The notes beneath the pieces are model-generated. The model had not been told where the DNA came from and searched no databases. It saw only the letters and a list, made by a program, of their open reading frames with translations. Both the position numbers and the translations under genes were made by a program. Shown here in pieces: positions 1 through 13,717 of a stretch of 64,000 nt of DNA. Source of the stretch: Felis catus (taxonomy: Eukaryota); contig NC_058368.1 in NCBI RefSeq assembly GCF_018350175.1, positions 106,270,001 to 106,334,000 of the forward strand, read 5' to 3'. Position 1 is the first letter of the stretch, and the number at the start of each line of letters is the position of its first letter.

Positions 1-2971
1 TATGAAACTTGAAATCAACCACAAGAAAAAAATTTGGAAATGTAACAAATACTTGGAGACTAAAGAACATCCTACTAAAGAATGAATGGGCTAACCAAGA
101 AGTTAAAGAGGAAATGAAAAAGTACATGGAAGCCAATGAAGATGATAACACCACAGCCCAAACCTCTGGGATGCAGCAAAGGCAGTCATAAGAGGGAAGT
201 ATACAGCAATCCAGGCCTTCCTAAAGAAAGAAGAAAGGTCTCAGATACACAACCTAACATTACACCTTAAAGAGCTGGAAAAAGAAGAGCAAATAAGATC
301 CCAAACCAGCAGAAGACAGAAAATACTAAAGAGTAGAGCAGAAATCAATGTTATCGAAACCAAAAAACCAGTAGAACAGATCAATGAAAGCAGGAGTTGA
401 TTCTTTGAAAGAATTAATAAAATTGTTAAACCCCTAGCCAGTTTGATCCAAAAGAAAAAGGAAAGGACCCAAATCAATAAAAGCAAGAATGAAAGAGGAG
501 AGGTCACAACCAACGTGGCAGAAATACAAACAATAATAGAATATTATGAGTAATTATATGCCAATAAAAAAGGGCAATCTGGAAGAAATGGGCAAATTCC
601 TAGAAACATATAAACCACCAAAATTGGAACAGGAAGAAATAGAAACTTTGAACAGACCCATAACCAGCAAAGAAATCTAATTAGTAGTCAAAAATCTCCC
701 CAAAAACAAGAGTCCAGGGCTGGATGGCTTTCCAGGGGAATTCTACAAAACATATAAAGAAGATTTAACACCTATTCTATTGAAGCTGTTCCAAAAAATA
801 GAAATGTAAGGAAAACTTGCAAACTCATTCTATGAAGCCACCATTACCTTGATTCCAAAACCAGACCCCACTAAAAAGGAGAATTACAGACCAATTTCCC
901 TGATGAACATGGATGCAAAAATCCTCAACAAGATACTAGCCAACTGGATCCAACAATACATTAAAAGAATTATTCACCCCGACCAAGTGGGATTTATATC
1001 TGGGATGCAGGGCACTGGTTCAATATCCGCAAAACAATCAGTGTGATACATCACATCAAGAGAAGAAAGCATAAGAACCACATGATCCTCTCAGTAGATG
1101 CAGAGAAAGCATTTGACAAAATATAGTATCCTTTCTTGATAAAAACCCTCAAGAAAATATGGATGGAAGGATCATACCTCAAGATCATAAAAGCTGTATA
1201 TGAAAGACCAACCAATATCATCCTCCCTGGGAAAAAGCTGAGAGCTTTCTCCCTAAGGTCAGGAACCCTACAGGGATGTCCCCTCTCACCACTGTTACTC
1301 AACATGGTATTGGAAGTGTTAGCCTCAGCAATTAGACAACACAAAGGAATAAAAGGCATCCAAATCAGCCAGGAGGAGGTCAAATTTTCACTCATCACAG
1401 ATGGCATGATACTCTATATGAAACACCCAAAAGATTCCACCAAAAACTGCTAGAACTGATCCATTAATTCAGCAAAGTCACAGGGTATAAAATCAATGCA
1501 CAGAAATCGGTTGCACTCTTATATACCAATAATGAATCAAAAGAAAGAGAAATCAAGGAATCGATCCCATTTACAATTGCACCAAAAAACATAAAATACC
1601 TAGGAATAAACACAACCAAAGAGTTCAAAAATCTATACACTGAAACCTATAGAAAGCTTATGAAAGAGATTGAAGACCCAAAGAAATGGAAAAACATTCC
1701 ATGCTCCTGGATTGGAAGAACAAACTTTGTTAAAATGTCGATACTACCCAAAGCAATCTACATATTCAGTGCAATCCCCATCAAAATAACACCAGCATTC
1801 TTCACAGAGCTAGAACAAACAGCCCTAAAATTTGTATGAAACTGAAAAAGACTCTGAATAGCCAAAGCAATCTTGAAAAAGAAAACCGATGCTGGGGACA
1901 TCACAATTCTGGACTTGAAGATATGTTACAAAGCTGTAATCACCAAGACAGTATGGTACTGGCACAAAAACAGGTGCTCCGGTCAATGGAACAGAATAAG
2001 AAACCCAGAAATGGACCCACAAACATATGGCCAACTAATCTCTGACAAAGCAGGAAAGAATATTCAATGGAATAAAGACAGTGTCTTCAGCAAATGGTGC
2101 TGGGAAAACTGGACATATGCAGAAAAATGAACCTTTCTTACACCATACACAAAAGTAAATCAAAATGGATGGACCTAAATGTAAGACAGAAAGCCCTAAA
2201 TGAAGGACAGAAAGCCATCAAAATCACAGAGGAGAAAGCAGGCAAAAACCTCTTTGAGCCTGGCTGCAGCAACTTCTTACTCAAGACATCTCCAGAGACA
2301 AAGGAAACAAAAGCAAAAATGAACTGTTGGGACTTCATCAAGATAAAACGATTCTGCACAGCAAAGGAAATAATCAGAAAAACTAAAAGGCCACCAACTG
2401 AATGGGAGAAGAGATTTGCAAATGATGTATTAGGTAAAGGGTTAGTATCCAAAATCTATAAAGAACTTAGCAAACTCAACACCCAAAAAGCAAATAATTC
2501 AGTGAAGAAATGAGCAAAAAGACATGAATAGACACTTCTCCAAAGAAGACATCCAGATGGCTAACAGACATTTGAAAAAATGCTCCACATCACTCATCAT
2601 CAGGGAAATACAAATCAAAACCACAATGAGACATACCACCTCACACCTGTCAGAATGGCTCGCATTAACAACTCAGGAAAACACAGATATTGATGAGGAT
2701 GATGAGAAAGAGATCTCTTTTGCACTGTTGGTGGGAATGCAAACTGGTGCAGCCTCTCTGGAAAACAGTATGGAGGTTCCTCAAAAAATTAAAAATAGAA
2801 CTACCTTATGACCCAGCAATTGCACTACTAGGTATTTATCCAAGGGATACGGGCATGCTGTTTCAAAGGGGCACATGCACTGCAATGTTTATAGTGGCGC
2901 TATCGACAATAGCTAAAGTATAAAAAGAGCCCAAATGTCCATGGACGGATGAATGGATAAAGAATTTGTGG

Positions 2972-3039
<68 letters not shown>

Positions 3040-3417
3040 ATGGAGTATTAGTCGGCAATCAAAAAGAATGACATCTTGCCATTTGCAACTACGTGGATGG
3101 AACTAGAGGATATTGTGCTAAGGAAAATTAGTCACTCAGAGAAAGAAAATATCATATGACTTCACTCATATGAGGAATTTAAGGTATGAAACAGATGAAC
3201 ATAAAGGAAGGGAAGTAAAAATAATATAAAAACAGGGAGGAGGACAAAACAGAAGAGACTCTTAAATATGGAGAACAAACAGAAGGTTGCTGGAGGCGTT
3301 GTGGGAGGGGGTTGGGCTAAATGGGTAAGTGGCATTAAGGAATGTACTCCTGAAATCATCGTTGCACCATATGCTAACTAACTTGGATGTAAATTTAAAA
3401 ATTAATTATTAAAAAAA
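1..3417 (+). mobile_element. LINE-1 (felid/carnivore type), ORF2 remnant plus 3' UTR, inactive; continues upstream of the window
   Basis: ORF fragments match L1 ORF2 ([48 protein letters not shown]). Many stops and frameshifts. The RT catalytic FADD reads ITDG. A-rich tail at about 3396-3417. Confidence 0.95.
2973..3038. repeat. (CA)n microsatellite inside the L1
   Basis: Direct reading. Confidence 0.95.
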
Positions 3418-3452
3418 GAATAACAGTTCTGTTCACCAGCTTGTGACCTTGG

Positions 3453-3660
3453 TGTATTAATTTCCTGGGGCTGCTGAAGTAATATATCACAAACCAGGTT
3501 GCTTAAAACAATAGGAATTTATTCCCTCACATCTCTGGTGCTAGAAGTCCAAAATAAAAGTGTCTGCAGGGCCATGTTCCCTCTAACGGATCTAAGCAAA
3601 AAATCTTCCCTTGACTCTTCCTAGCTTCTGGTGGTTGTTGGTAATCTTTGGCATTTCTCA
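3453..3660 (-). mobile_element. MLT1-type (ERVL-MaLR) LTR fragment
   Basis: tgtattaatttcctggggctgctg...gcttaaaacaataggaatttattccctcaca...ctagaagtccaaaat resembles the recalled MLT1 LTR end. Confidence 0.75.
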
Positions 3661-4534
3661 CATTAACTCTACAGGCTAGTGGGGTATTAGTGTTTTATAT
3701 CTCCAATACAATAGTGTAGATTTTAGGATAAATAATGTAGCCCTCAGAAATCACTTATATCTTCGACAATTAGGACACTTTATAGGAATACCAAACTAAA
3801 ATCGGAGCACCTTTGTGGAATGTAAAAGTCAAACTTCACTGTTAGAGATCTATATTAAAGTAGGGAAGTGTCAAATTTTAAAAGGGTTTAAAATACATAA
3901 ATAACTGTGTCTCTTCCCTGGAAAAAAAAAAAAGAAGGCCTCTTTACTGGCTTATGCAAAGACTCTCCAGGAACAAGATGCCTCCCCCCACCCTTGTTTT
4001 ATATCCTACAGTGTGCTGGGTACCTTAATAAGTATTTCCTCCTCAGGGACTCATGCCCACCTTCTGTCTTGGTTTTCTCTACCCACCTCTCCCCATGAGC
4101 AGATTACATTTTCTTCTACATTAATGACCAAATTAAGAAGATTTAGTTCAGTCTCCCAAATTAATGTAACATAGCCTCTCCTCTCCAGGTGCTTTGTTGT
4201 GATCTGTACGGAAGATGCTTCTTGAGAGAGGTGTCCCTTTCTCCTTTCTGAAACCTTTATTGCAACCCAGATTCTTTGTCTTATGAGACTCTCAAGATCT
4301 TCAGGCTTGAAGACACCAGTGTTTCAGGATTTTCTTTCTACTCCCCTGCCTCCCTTTTCGCCTGACCTTGGTTCTAGCTGAGCCTTGGATTCCATTGCTG
4401 CTGATGGAGGGTGCTGCTGTCATCAACCTGCTCCTACTTGCCATTGTTGCACCTTGCTGGGAACTGAGGATCTTACTACCTTTTCTGGAAGACATTCATT
4501 TCCTCCTTTTGCTTTCAAAGACTTTCACTTTAGA

Positions 4535-4732
4535 AAAAAAAAAGTTTATTTTTTTGAGAGGGAGAGTGCAAACAAGAGAGGGGCAGAGAGAAAGGGGGAC
4601 AGAGGATCCAGAGTAGGCTCAGCACTGACAGGCTGACAGCAGTGAACATGATGCAGCGCTTGAACTCGTGAACCATGAGGTCACGACCTGAGCCGAAGTC
4701 GGATGCTGAACTAAGCCACCCAGGCGACCCCA
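4535..4732 (-). mobile_element. Carnivore SINE (SINEC)
   Basis: tRNA-derived head (gccacccaggcgaccc on +), GA-rich body and T-rich tail. Confidence 0.9.
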
Positions 4733-5262
4733 AGCTGACTTTCCATTATCCTGATCCAGAGAAAAGGACATCTCTAATTTCCTTAACTTTTGACTCCAAA
4801 AGTGTCTCTAAACCATAATGATCTTATGATACCAGAAGAGTCAGGGGAGTCTCCTGAATGTATTGCAGAATAGTAGAATTAAACAGTGACAGACAGATGG
4901 TTTTTTTTTGGGTATAATGAGCCACTAAGATGTATTTCACGGAAAATGTTTAGTATCCTGAGTGTAGATGTAACGCAGGATATAAAAAGAGTTCCACTTA
5001 AATATTGGAAAAAACCATAATCTGAATAATGGTGTCTGTGAAGTTCAATTTGAATCAGCCTATTTGAATTTATTAAGTCAGGTGATAACCAGATTTCCCT
5101 TTCAATTGGTCCGGTTGAATCAGAATCATATAGTTATCCTAATGAAAAGGAAGTCCGTGTTCTATTTATATTTTATCCCTGTTTCAACAGAGAAAAGAAA
5201 ACACAGGTTAATCGCTTGAGATTTATGGTTTATTTATCTATTCCTAAACCTTTGGTTTTTAG

Positions 5263-5466
5263 ATTTGCTTGGAACTATAGAAGAAATCCTGCCGAGTATC
5301 CCAGAAGGTATCAGTGTTTGGGCAATGAGTGATTCTGTTCCACGAGGCGTGATTTCACTCAAAGAAAAACTGAGGACGGCATCTGACAAGCCTGTGGCAC
5401 GCAGCCACCATGTTGCCTCAAGCCTTAGGTCTACTCATGTTTACATCTTTACCTCTGGAACAACAG
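5263..5466 (+). CDS. SLC27A6: SLC27A6/FATP6 coding exon 2 (204 nt)
   Basis: tttttag|AT acceptor and ACAG|gtatga donor. Encodes (D)LLGTIEEILPSIPEGISVW...YIFTSGTTG, the first half of the AMP-binding motif of FATP acyl-CoA synthetases. Confidence 0.96.
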
Positions 5467-6779
5467 GTATGATCCCTTTCATCTTGAGAATTAAAAAGAA
5501 AGCAACATATTTGCAAAGCAACTGTAGTCACCATGGGTACTCAGCAAACATCTGAAAAAGCATGCATCCAAGAAGTCCTGAGGCTCTTAGATCTTAGAAC
5601 CCTCAAACCTGGATGAAAAAGTTAATTGCTCTAACCACAACGTGGCAAAGTACCCTGTTCACTTGGCCACTGTCTCATTTAGAAAGATTTTCTTCAAACT
5701 TGATTCGACGAAGGACTCTGGAATGTCTGAACAGTTTGACCCAACCCAGTTGCTCGGAGTGTGAAATTTGGCCAGCCTCTTTGGCAAGATACCTGGTAGC
5801 TTCTCTGTTCCTTAAGATTCCTGATGCATAAAATGAAGAAATTAGCTGAAGTAGTTTCTAATTATCTTACTGGATTCAAAAATCCATCAGTCTATTTTAA
5901 AGGTCTCTATTTTCGTGTACCATGTTAAATCCTAAACACAATCCAGCTATAGCTGTAGTTTAAGTACCTATAGCAGGCTCTCCCAGTTTTTCCTTAGGGT
6001 GATCGGAACACATGACAAATAGGAAGTCTTGGAAGCCCTGCATGTTTTGGAGAAGATAGAAAATAGGATCAAGTAACTAAACATTCACACCTTTTTTTTT
6101 TTTTTTTTTGGTAAAAATAACAACACACCAAAATAAAAAGAATAAACTGCCTAAGAATTCAACAAAATATTAAACTCAGTTGATTCTTAGGAAAAGTTGA
6201 ATGGTCTTTATGGTAGGCTAAATACACTTTTGCAGTTAGTGTGAAGATGATTGGGTATTTGAATTAAGTACATTAAAAATACTCTGTTCCTCATTTCCTG
6301 GGCACAGGCAGTAATATAAGCAAACTATTATTGCATAAATAGTTTTCTTACATTTTTCTTTTTCTTTCCTCTTCTGTGTATGTGTGTGCCTGTCTCTCTC
6401 TCTCTTTTTTAAATTTACTCTTTGGAGGCTAACGATCTCTTTTACACTGGAAAGTAGGCTGGCTGTGCTTTTAACTTCATTTAGAACAGCTTTGATAAAT
6501 GAACTGGCAAATGCTAATGCGTATCAAATTGTCTGCATACATTTAGTCTGACTTTGGACTTTACAAGAGACAATAAAATTTCAGAAATGATATGTTTTAA
6601 AAACTTCCAACAGAAGGTACTTAACCAATCTATCTGTATGGCTGTTTTCTTGCTAAAAACAGAAAGTGACTGGTCTTCCAAACAATCTTCACCACTCCCC
6701 CAGCCCAAAGAGAACATGCCAAAGCCACTAGTAACAATTTTTGTTTTTCAAGATTGAAACCAGATTGTTTAATGCATTT

Positions 6780-8780
6780 GTACAACAGGCTGAAAGCAAA
6801 AGTACCACTAATTTTTATTTTATTTGATACTTATTTGTGTTAAAGTTATAGCACAGAGATGAAAAATTCTAATAGCTTAAGAAATTTTAGAGAAAAGTAC
6901 CCTGCATGCCCACCCCCCCCAACCCCTGCCGCCTCAATTTCTCCTTCCCCAAACCAAATGCATTCAGTATTTTTATATCTTTCTTTTTAGGAATCACCTC
7001 CATTTCTCTAAAAAAAACAGGTATCTTACTAGATATTTAGTAGATTCTTACTGAAAAGTATCTACTGATTTCCCATGATGGAAATGAGGATTTGCCTTCC
7101 ATCACCAGCCACTCTTTCTCTCCATTTATTTCTTTCTCTCTGGTGCAGACACTTTCTTTCCCCAACATCCTGCTAATGTGTCATCATTAATTTTGACTGG
7201 ATTGGTATCAGTATCATAACTTAGTAAACACTATTATCTCCTTTTGTGTAAGATTTCCCCCCAACCTGGACTTAAACATTATTGTTTTGTTTGCTTGCTT
7301 ACTTAGTTATCTATACACCTATCACTCATATTCACCCCTTTGTCAAAAAGAGAGCTCACCTTTGGTATTGAAAACATAGTCTGTATGTTGTCAAGCATGT
7401 GTTCTTGGCCACCTTTTGCCTGGAGCCTCCCTATGATTTCAGTCTCAACCCCTTGCTCTCTGACCATCCTGGGTTTATTTGTCACCATTGTCCTGGGAAT
7501 TCCCTTCAGTTCTTTTTTTCTGATCCCCCAATTCCTAGATCCTAAATTAGTTTCCTCAGTTCACTGCCCCGCTTCCAGTAGCTATCTGCTAAGGAGTATT
7601 TAGGAGATGAATGGTTAAGTTCTCACTTCCAGCAATGTCTTATTTTCTACCCTTCTACTTAGCCACGTAATATTCTAGGTTAGAAGAAAATTTCTATGCC
7701 AGGGTTTGAGGACATGGCTCCATGTTCTGACTTCCAGGACACATAGTGAGACATCATTTCTTTTCTGATTTCTTTGCCTTTACATCCAAGCTGGTGTTGT
7801 TTTTCTCTTTGGGGGGGGGATTTTTATTATCTCCTGTGAGTCTTCAGTGGTCCCGAATGAGGTGATGACTTATACTGGGCCTGGTCTTACTTATCCATTT
7901 TGCTGGGAAATTTATAGGCCTTTTCTGTCTGGAAACTCATGTCTTACAAGTCTAGGTACTTGGAAATTAAAGAGAAAAAAGTTCTCTGTTCCTTTCTCTT
8001 TCCTTTTTTATTGCTATTCTTTCTGCCCATGTACTCCTTCTATTATATTTGTTTGTTTATTCTTTTGTCTTTGAAACTGTAACTTCTTAAAGATTGGTCC
8101 TCCTGGACTGAGTAATTAATTTTCTAATCTTTTTATCCCATTTTCCTTCTCTTACTTTTCATCTACTTTTTGAGAGATTTATCTTCCAAACCTCTATTCT
8201 CTGAAAATGCCTCTTTTTTCCACCATGTTATTTTTGTGTTATTATTTATTATCCCGTATCTCTCAGAATATTAGCAATAATTTTTTGAAAATGTCTCCTC
8301 TCTACCTTGTCTCTATTTTTGCCAACATCCTTTTATCTTTTGGTTTGTTTTGGTCTCTGTCCTTTATCCTAGAGGATTTCCTTAAATATTCACTTCATAT
8401 TGAAAATGCATACAAAGAAACACACATAAAACCCCCCACAACAAATCCTGACTAGAGGCTCTGTGTGCCTGAGTGGAATTTATGGACTCTTTGGTTTCAT
8501 CGTGAAGGCCATTTTGTCAGGGAATTCATGACTGTCAGTGTCTTTCAGTTTGTTACTTGTGGACGATTCAGATTCCTCAGACAGGATTCTCAAAGGGTGA
8601 AACGAGTCAAATGTGAAAGGGAGCTGAAGGCAAAGGCAGACTTTCTTTTTTTATTCCCCTTATTTGCTCAGTATTTCTTCTTCCCGAGGTTTCCGGAGGC
8701 TTCTCTTTTCCGGAGGGTAAGTCTCATAATTTCTACCAGAATAGTGGAAGCAATCTGGGGCTATAATTTTGTATTATTTT
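6780..8780 (-). mobile_element. Old degraded L1 (L1ME-like) remnant
   Basis: Long T-rich stretch with recalled L1M-like phrases. Family and edges uncertain. Confidence 0.45.
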
Positions 8781-9258
8781 TTGAATTGTAAAACAAATAT
8801 CAAGAAGCATTTGTTGACATTCTTCTAAAATTGGTTTGTGAATGATCTTACACAGGGAGTGTTCTACAAATGTCATCCCCTTTTAATTTAAAGTCTAAGC
8901 AATGTGGGGTCCTCTTATAAAGAACAGAGCAGAGCAATGTACAGAACTGGTCACAGATATCACGATTTAATAATATAATGCTATCGAAGAGTCTGACAAA
9001 ACCATATGGAGCCTCCTTGAAGATTTAATTAATATTTTTTTATAAAAGGCATCTCTCTCTAATACAAAATGTTGCTTTTGCAACTCAAAATCTTGTGCTG
9101 AATTAAGTGACTGTAACGGTAATAAATATGATCATTTATATTAGTATGCCATTTGATGTTATAAAAGTCACTTGATTCTCACACAATAAAGTCTTAGGAT
9201 GTTGATAATGAAGAAGGTGTTGATGCAAGTTAGGAAGTGATATAGAAAGTGGGCTTTG

Positions 9259-9706
9259 GCAAATTATGGAAAGAGCCTAAATGTCCATCAGCTGATGAAT
9301 GGATAAAGAAATTGTGGTTTATATACACAATGGAATACTACGTGGCAATGAGAAAGAATGAAATAGGGCCTTTTGTAGCAACGTGGATGGAACCGGAGAG
9401 TGCTACACTAAGTGAAATAAGTCATACAGAGAAAGACAGATACCGTATGTTTTCATTCTTAGGTGGATCCTGAGAAACTTAACAGAAGACCGTGGCGGAG
9501 GGGAAGGAAAAAAAAAAGGTTAGAGAGGGAGGGAGCCAAAACATAAGAGACTCTTAAAAACTGAGAACAAACTGAGGGTTGATGAGGGGTGGGAGGGAGG
9601 GGAGAGTGGATGGGTGATGGGTATTGAGGAGGGCACCTGTTGGGATGAGCACTGGGTGTTGTATGGAAACCAATTTGACAATAAATTTCATATTTAAAAA
9701 AAAAAA
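9259..9706 (+). mobile_element. Young 5'-truncated L1 (L1_Fc-like) with perfect 15-bp TSD
   Basis: ORF2 C-terminus (WKEPKCPSADEWIKKLW), 3' UTR and poly(A). TSD agaaagtgggctttg at 9244-9258 and 9707-9721. Confidence 0.93.
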
Positions 9707-11579
9707 AGAAAGTGGGCTTTGAAAAAGTGAATGATGGAGAGAGAATCTTCTCATAAGCCCTTTTGGCAGGTTATAAGGAAGCCTGTCAGCTGGTATTAAA
9801 CATTTCCTATCCATTCTTACCACTGCCAAGTTCTGTTTGCCCAAGGTCACCAAAATAATATATTCCTGGATCTGAGCAGACACAGTCTGTCTCCAAGTGA
9901 GAAAAATATTGAGTTCAGTTTTGATGGCATTCATGTTTCTTTGACATAAGTGATAATGTGATATTTTAATGAACAAAGGTTGAGAATCATATAGATTCCC
10001 TTTTCTATAACATTGACATCATGGTTTCTTAAACAGAACTTCTATAAAGCTCCTTGTTTATAGTTCCATATTTATCTTCCATTTCAATAGGGTGCCTCCT
10101 AATCAAATTTCTGAGCCTTTCTGGGATTCTGTGGGGGCAGATCAGCTTTCCTCAAGGTTTATCTCCTGTGTCAGCTTTTTGGGTCTGCTGTGTACACAGC
10201 TGTCCTTCTGCTTTTCCAAAATTTGGTTGTTTTCATCTGTAATTCCATTCTTTTTGCCTTGAGTGTATGTGTTCTATCTGCCAACATCTAGTTCTCTTAT
10301 TGTTCACTGGGCTTGGTTAGGTAGCTTCAGGAATCTCTAGGAAAGCTGTTTAAGCCTGGACAGAGGAGCCATTGGTTTGACCGTTCCTAAGAAGGAGGGG
10401 GAAGAAGAAAACGAGGTCACTGCCTGCCACACTATGCCTGGAAGCCAGTGGCTAACACCATCTCAATCTCTCTGTCCTTTGTCGCTCCTTTTCCTTGACC
10501 TTATGGATTTTTTCATTTTTCCAAAACTATCCCAGAATTCCTTAAATTATTTATTCCTACCTCTGAATTGGATCATCTCTCCCTTCTTTATCCTCCTAAT
10601 CCTCAACTCACTGGACACAGCTTCCCTCCCACCTTTATGCCTGGACCTCCTCCTGGACATGTGAGGAGTTCCAATGCTAGGGATTCATAGAAGGTTAGGA
10701 GAGCAGAGGACTTTGGAGACCATATTAGGTATCTTTTCTCCACGTCTGTTGTACAGCATATCCCTTCACAACTTAAAAAAAAAAAAATGAAATAAAAATC
10801 GAAAAGGGACTTTATGACCACATAAGTTTGAGAAACACCGTAACAAAAATATCAAAGTTTCTGCACCATTGGGCTCCACAAGGGCTTTAATATGTTAATG
10901 GGCTTTCTAACTCTTTAAAGGCAGGACTTTAAAATGCTGTTGTAACAAATTTTATTCTCCTATTTCTTTTTTCCTTCTTTCCAACTTTAACCTCCATCAA
11001 GTTTTGATCATTTTCATTTCCTGGACAAGTTCATAATTGGTCTCTTATCAAAAAATCTAACTGAATACTTTGGATGGCTTATAATACATTAACAAGGTCA
11101 TTATCACTTAAAGCTAACCAGCTTAGGAAGGGAAACATGGCTAGTTTACTAGTGTGCTTTGAAGGAGGTACATGAGCTCACAGGAAACACCTAGATAAAG
11201 CATCCTTATTTTTGGTCACAACCCCTACTAAAAAGCTACTTTTAAAGCTGGGTTGCCATGAAATCAGGAACGGTGTGGGAAGTAGGGAATATAGTGACTG
11301 AAGGACCATGGGTGGGAACTTCTTGGAAGCAGAAAACACATAAATGCTTGATCCTCTGGATGAAGAAGAGAAAGGCATTGAATTACCAAAAGCCAAAGAT
11401 GGAGCTAGTCTCACCCAATGGGTTTAACAAGAAAATTTGGAGAGATTCCCCATGCATGAGGAGGACAACAAACTTCTATGGTGTGAGATGCCAAGCTATC
11501 AGGAAGAGCCAGAGAGATTTCTTTTTAAAAAAAAATTAGTAAATTTTAGTTAGGATAAATGCAAGACAATGCCAGCTTT

Positions 11580-12190
11580 GCATATGAGATCAATTATCTT
11601 CCATTTTAGTAGACATGGAGCACAAAGCTTGTCAGAAAATGTCAAAGCAGGTGAGGCAACAGGGTGGACTTGAGGTTCACCTGGGTAAAATATCTAGGAG
11701 TCATTGAAGCCTCTGGTTCATAGCTCTATGTGCTGCTTTGACCAAAAACCCCATGAGAATGTTGGCTTTTTATCAGTGAATGTGTTGAATCAGAGGAAAG
11801 AATGATGTCCTACTATTAGTAAGATGGTACCCCAGTTGACTGTGCAACGTGTAAGTAATTTTGGTTACTATACAAAGCACTGCATATACGATGAAATCAG
11901 AGAAGGCCTACCAGAGCAAACTGGAGTTTAGTTTGTATGCAATAGGTAGTGCTCGTTGTCTCAGTGAGATATATGTTGGGAGATAGAAATAGCACCATGA
12001 GTCAAATCTCAGTTGGAAGATCAAGTATCATTTCAAAGAGGTTGAGCCAAAACAGGTAAAAATGATCAGTAGTAGGAGGTCCAGGAGAAAGTACCAGCCA
12101 TAGGGCATTACATGGGGCCAGAGAATACCTAGAGAAGCATGTAGTGGGCAGTAGGAGATTTTGGCTATAAAATTCGAACATCAGACATGG
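11580..12190 (+). mobile_element. Ancient CR1/L3-like LINE remnant, 5' part
   Basis: atatctaggagtcattg...tgtgctgctttgaccaaaaacccc.atgagaatgttgg...aaaatgatca resembles the recalled CR1 RT C-terminal region. Confidence 0.55.
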
Positions 12191-13539
12191 GAGTGTATTT
12201 TATTTTATAACTTATTTTTATTGAATAAATTCTATGTGTAGCATTGTAAATTTAAAGTATATAATGTGTTACTTTGAAACATTTATATAATATCTCTATA
12301 TAGTGATATTTAGCATATCACATAATTATAGTACAATTTTACTGTTATATTCCTTGTACTATACCTTAGATTTCTACAGCTTATTGACTATTCCTTAAAA
12401 GTTTGTACCTTTAAACACCATCACTTTTATCCCCCCCCCCACACACACACACACCATCCTTTGGCAACATTTTACTCTTTGGTTTTTTCAGGCTTAACAT
12501 TTTTAGATCCCATATATAAGTGACATCGTACAGCACTTGTCTTTCTCTTTCTGACTTATCTCACGTAGCATAATGTGCTCTCCGTCTATCCATGTTGTCT
12601 CAAATGGGAGAATAGCTTTCTTTTTAATGACTGAATAATATCCCACTGTGTATATGGACCACATCTTTTTTTATCCATTGATGGGCATTTGGGTTCTTTC
12701 CCTATCTTGACTATTATGAATAATGCTGTGATAAACATGGGAGAGCAGATTATCTGATTGAAATCACATTTTTATTTCCTTTGGGTATATATCCAGAAGT
12801 AGAATTGGACTGTGTGGTAAATCTGTTCTTTAATTTTTTGAAGAACCTCCATATTGTTTTCCATAGTGTTGAGTCCAATTTACACTCCACAAGCAATATA
12901 TAAATATTCCCTTTGACTGCATCTTTGCCAGAATCTGTTGTCTCTTGTCTTCTTGGCTGTAGCCATTCTAATACGTGTGAGGTGATATCTCACTGTGGTT
13001 TTGATTTGCATTTCCCTGGTGATTAGTGATGTTGCATATCTTTTCAGGTATCTGGCCATTTTGATGTACATTTTGGAGAACTGTCTATTAGTTTTTCTTC
13101 CCAGTTTTTAATTGTATTTTTTTTCTGTTACTGAGTTGATTTACTTCTTTACATATTTTGAATATTAACTCCTTATCTGATATATGGTTTGCAGAAATTT
13201 TCTACCATTCTATAGGTGTCTTTTTATTTGGCTGTGTTTTTATTTTGTTTTGTTTTTTGTTTTTTTGTTTTTTTGTTTTTTTGGTTTTTTTTTGCTGTAA
13301 AGAAGCTTTTGAGTTTGATGTAATCCCATTTGTTGAATTTTCTTTTATTGTTTATGCTTTTGGTATCATGTTAAAAAAATTAATGCCAAGAGCAATATCA
13401 ACAAACTTCTTCCATATATTTTCTTTTAGGAGTTTTATTGTATTAGGTCTTATGTTTAAGTCTTTGATACATGGTGAGTTAATTTTTTTTATGGTGTGAG
13501 ATAGAGGTCCAATTTCATTGTTCTATATGTTGTTAACAC

Positions 13540-13717
13540 CTTTTTAAGTTTATTTATTTTGAGAGAGAGAGAGAGAGCAAGCATGTGGATGGACGAGAGA
13601 GGGGAGAGAGAACATTCTAAGCCTGATGTGGGGCTCGATCTCATGAACTGCAAGATCATGAACTGAACTGAAATCAAGAGGCTGACACTTAACTGACTGA
13701 GCCACCTCGGTGCCCCT
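13540..13717 (-). mobile_element. SINEC inside the L1
   Basis: SINEC head and tail, flanked by cattgttcta repeats. Confidence 0.9.

Noticed and set aside
2174..2215. 21-bp in-frame tandem duplication inside L1 ORF2
   Set aside because: It is real, but a neutral slippage event in an inactive element.
9..2923. Multiple ORFs with RT-like protein sequence
   Set aside because: They are fragments of one dead L1 ORF2 with stops, frameshifts and a mutated catalytic motif, not genes.
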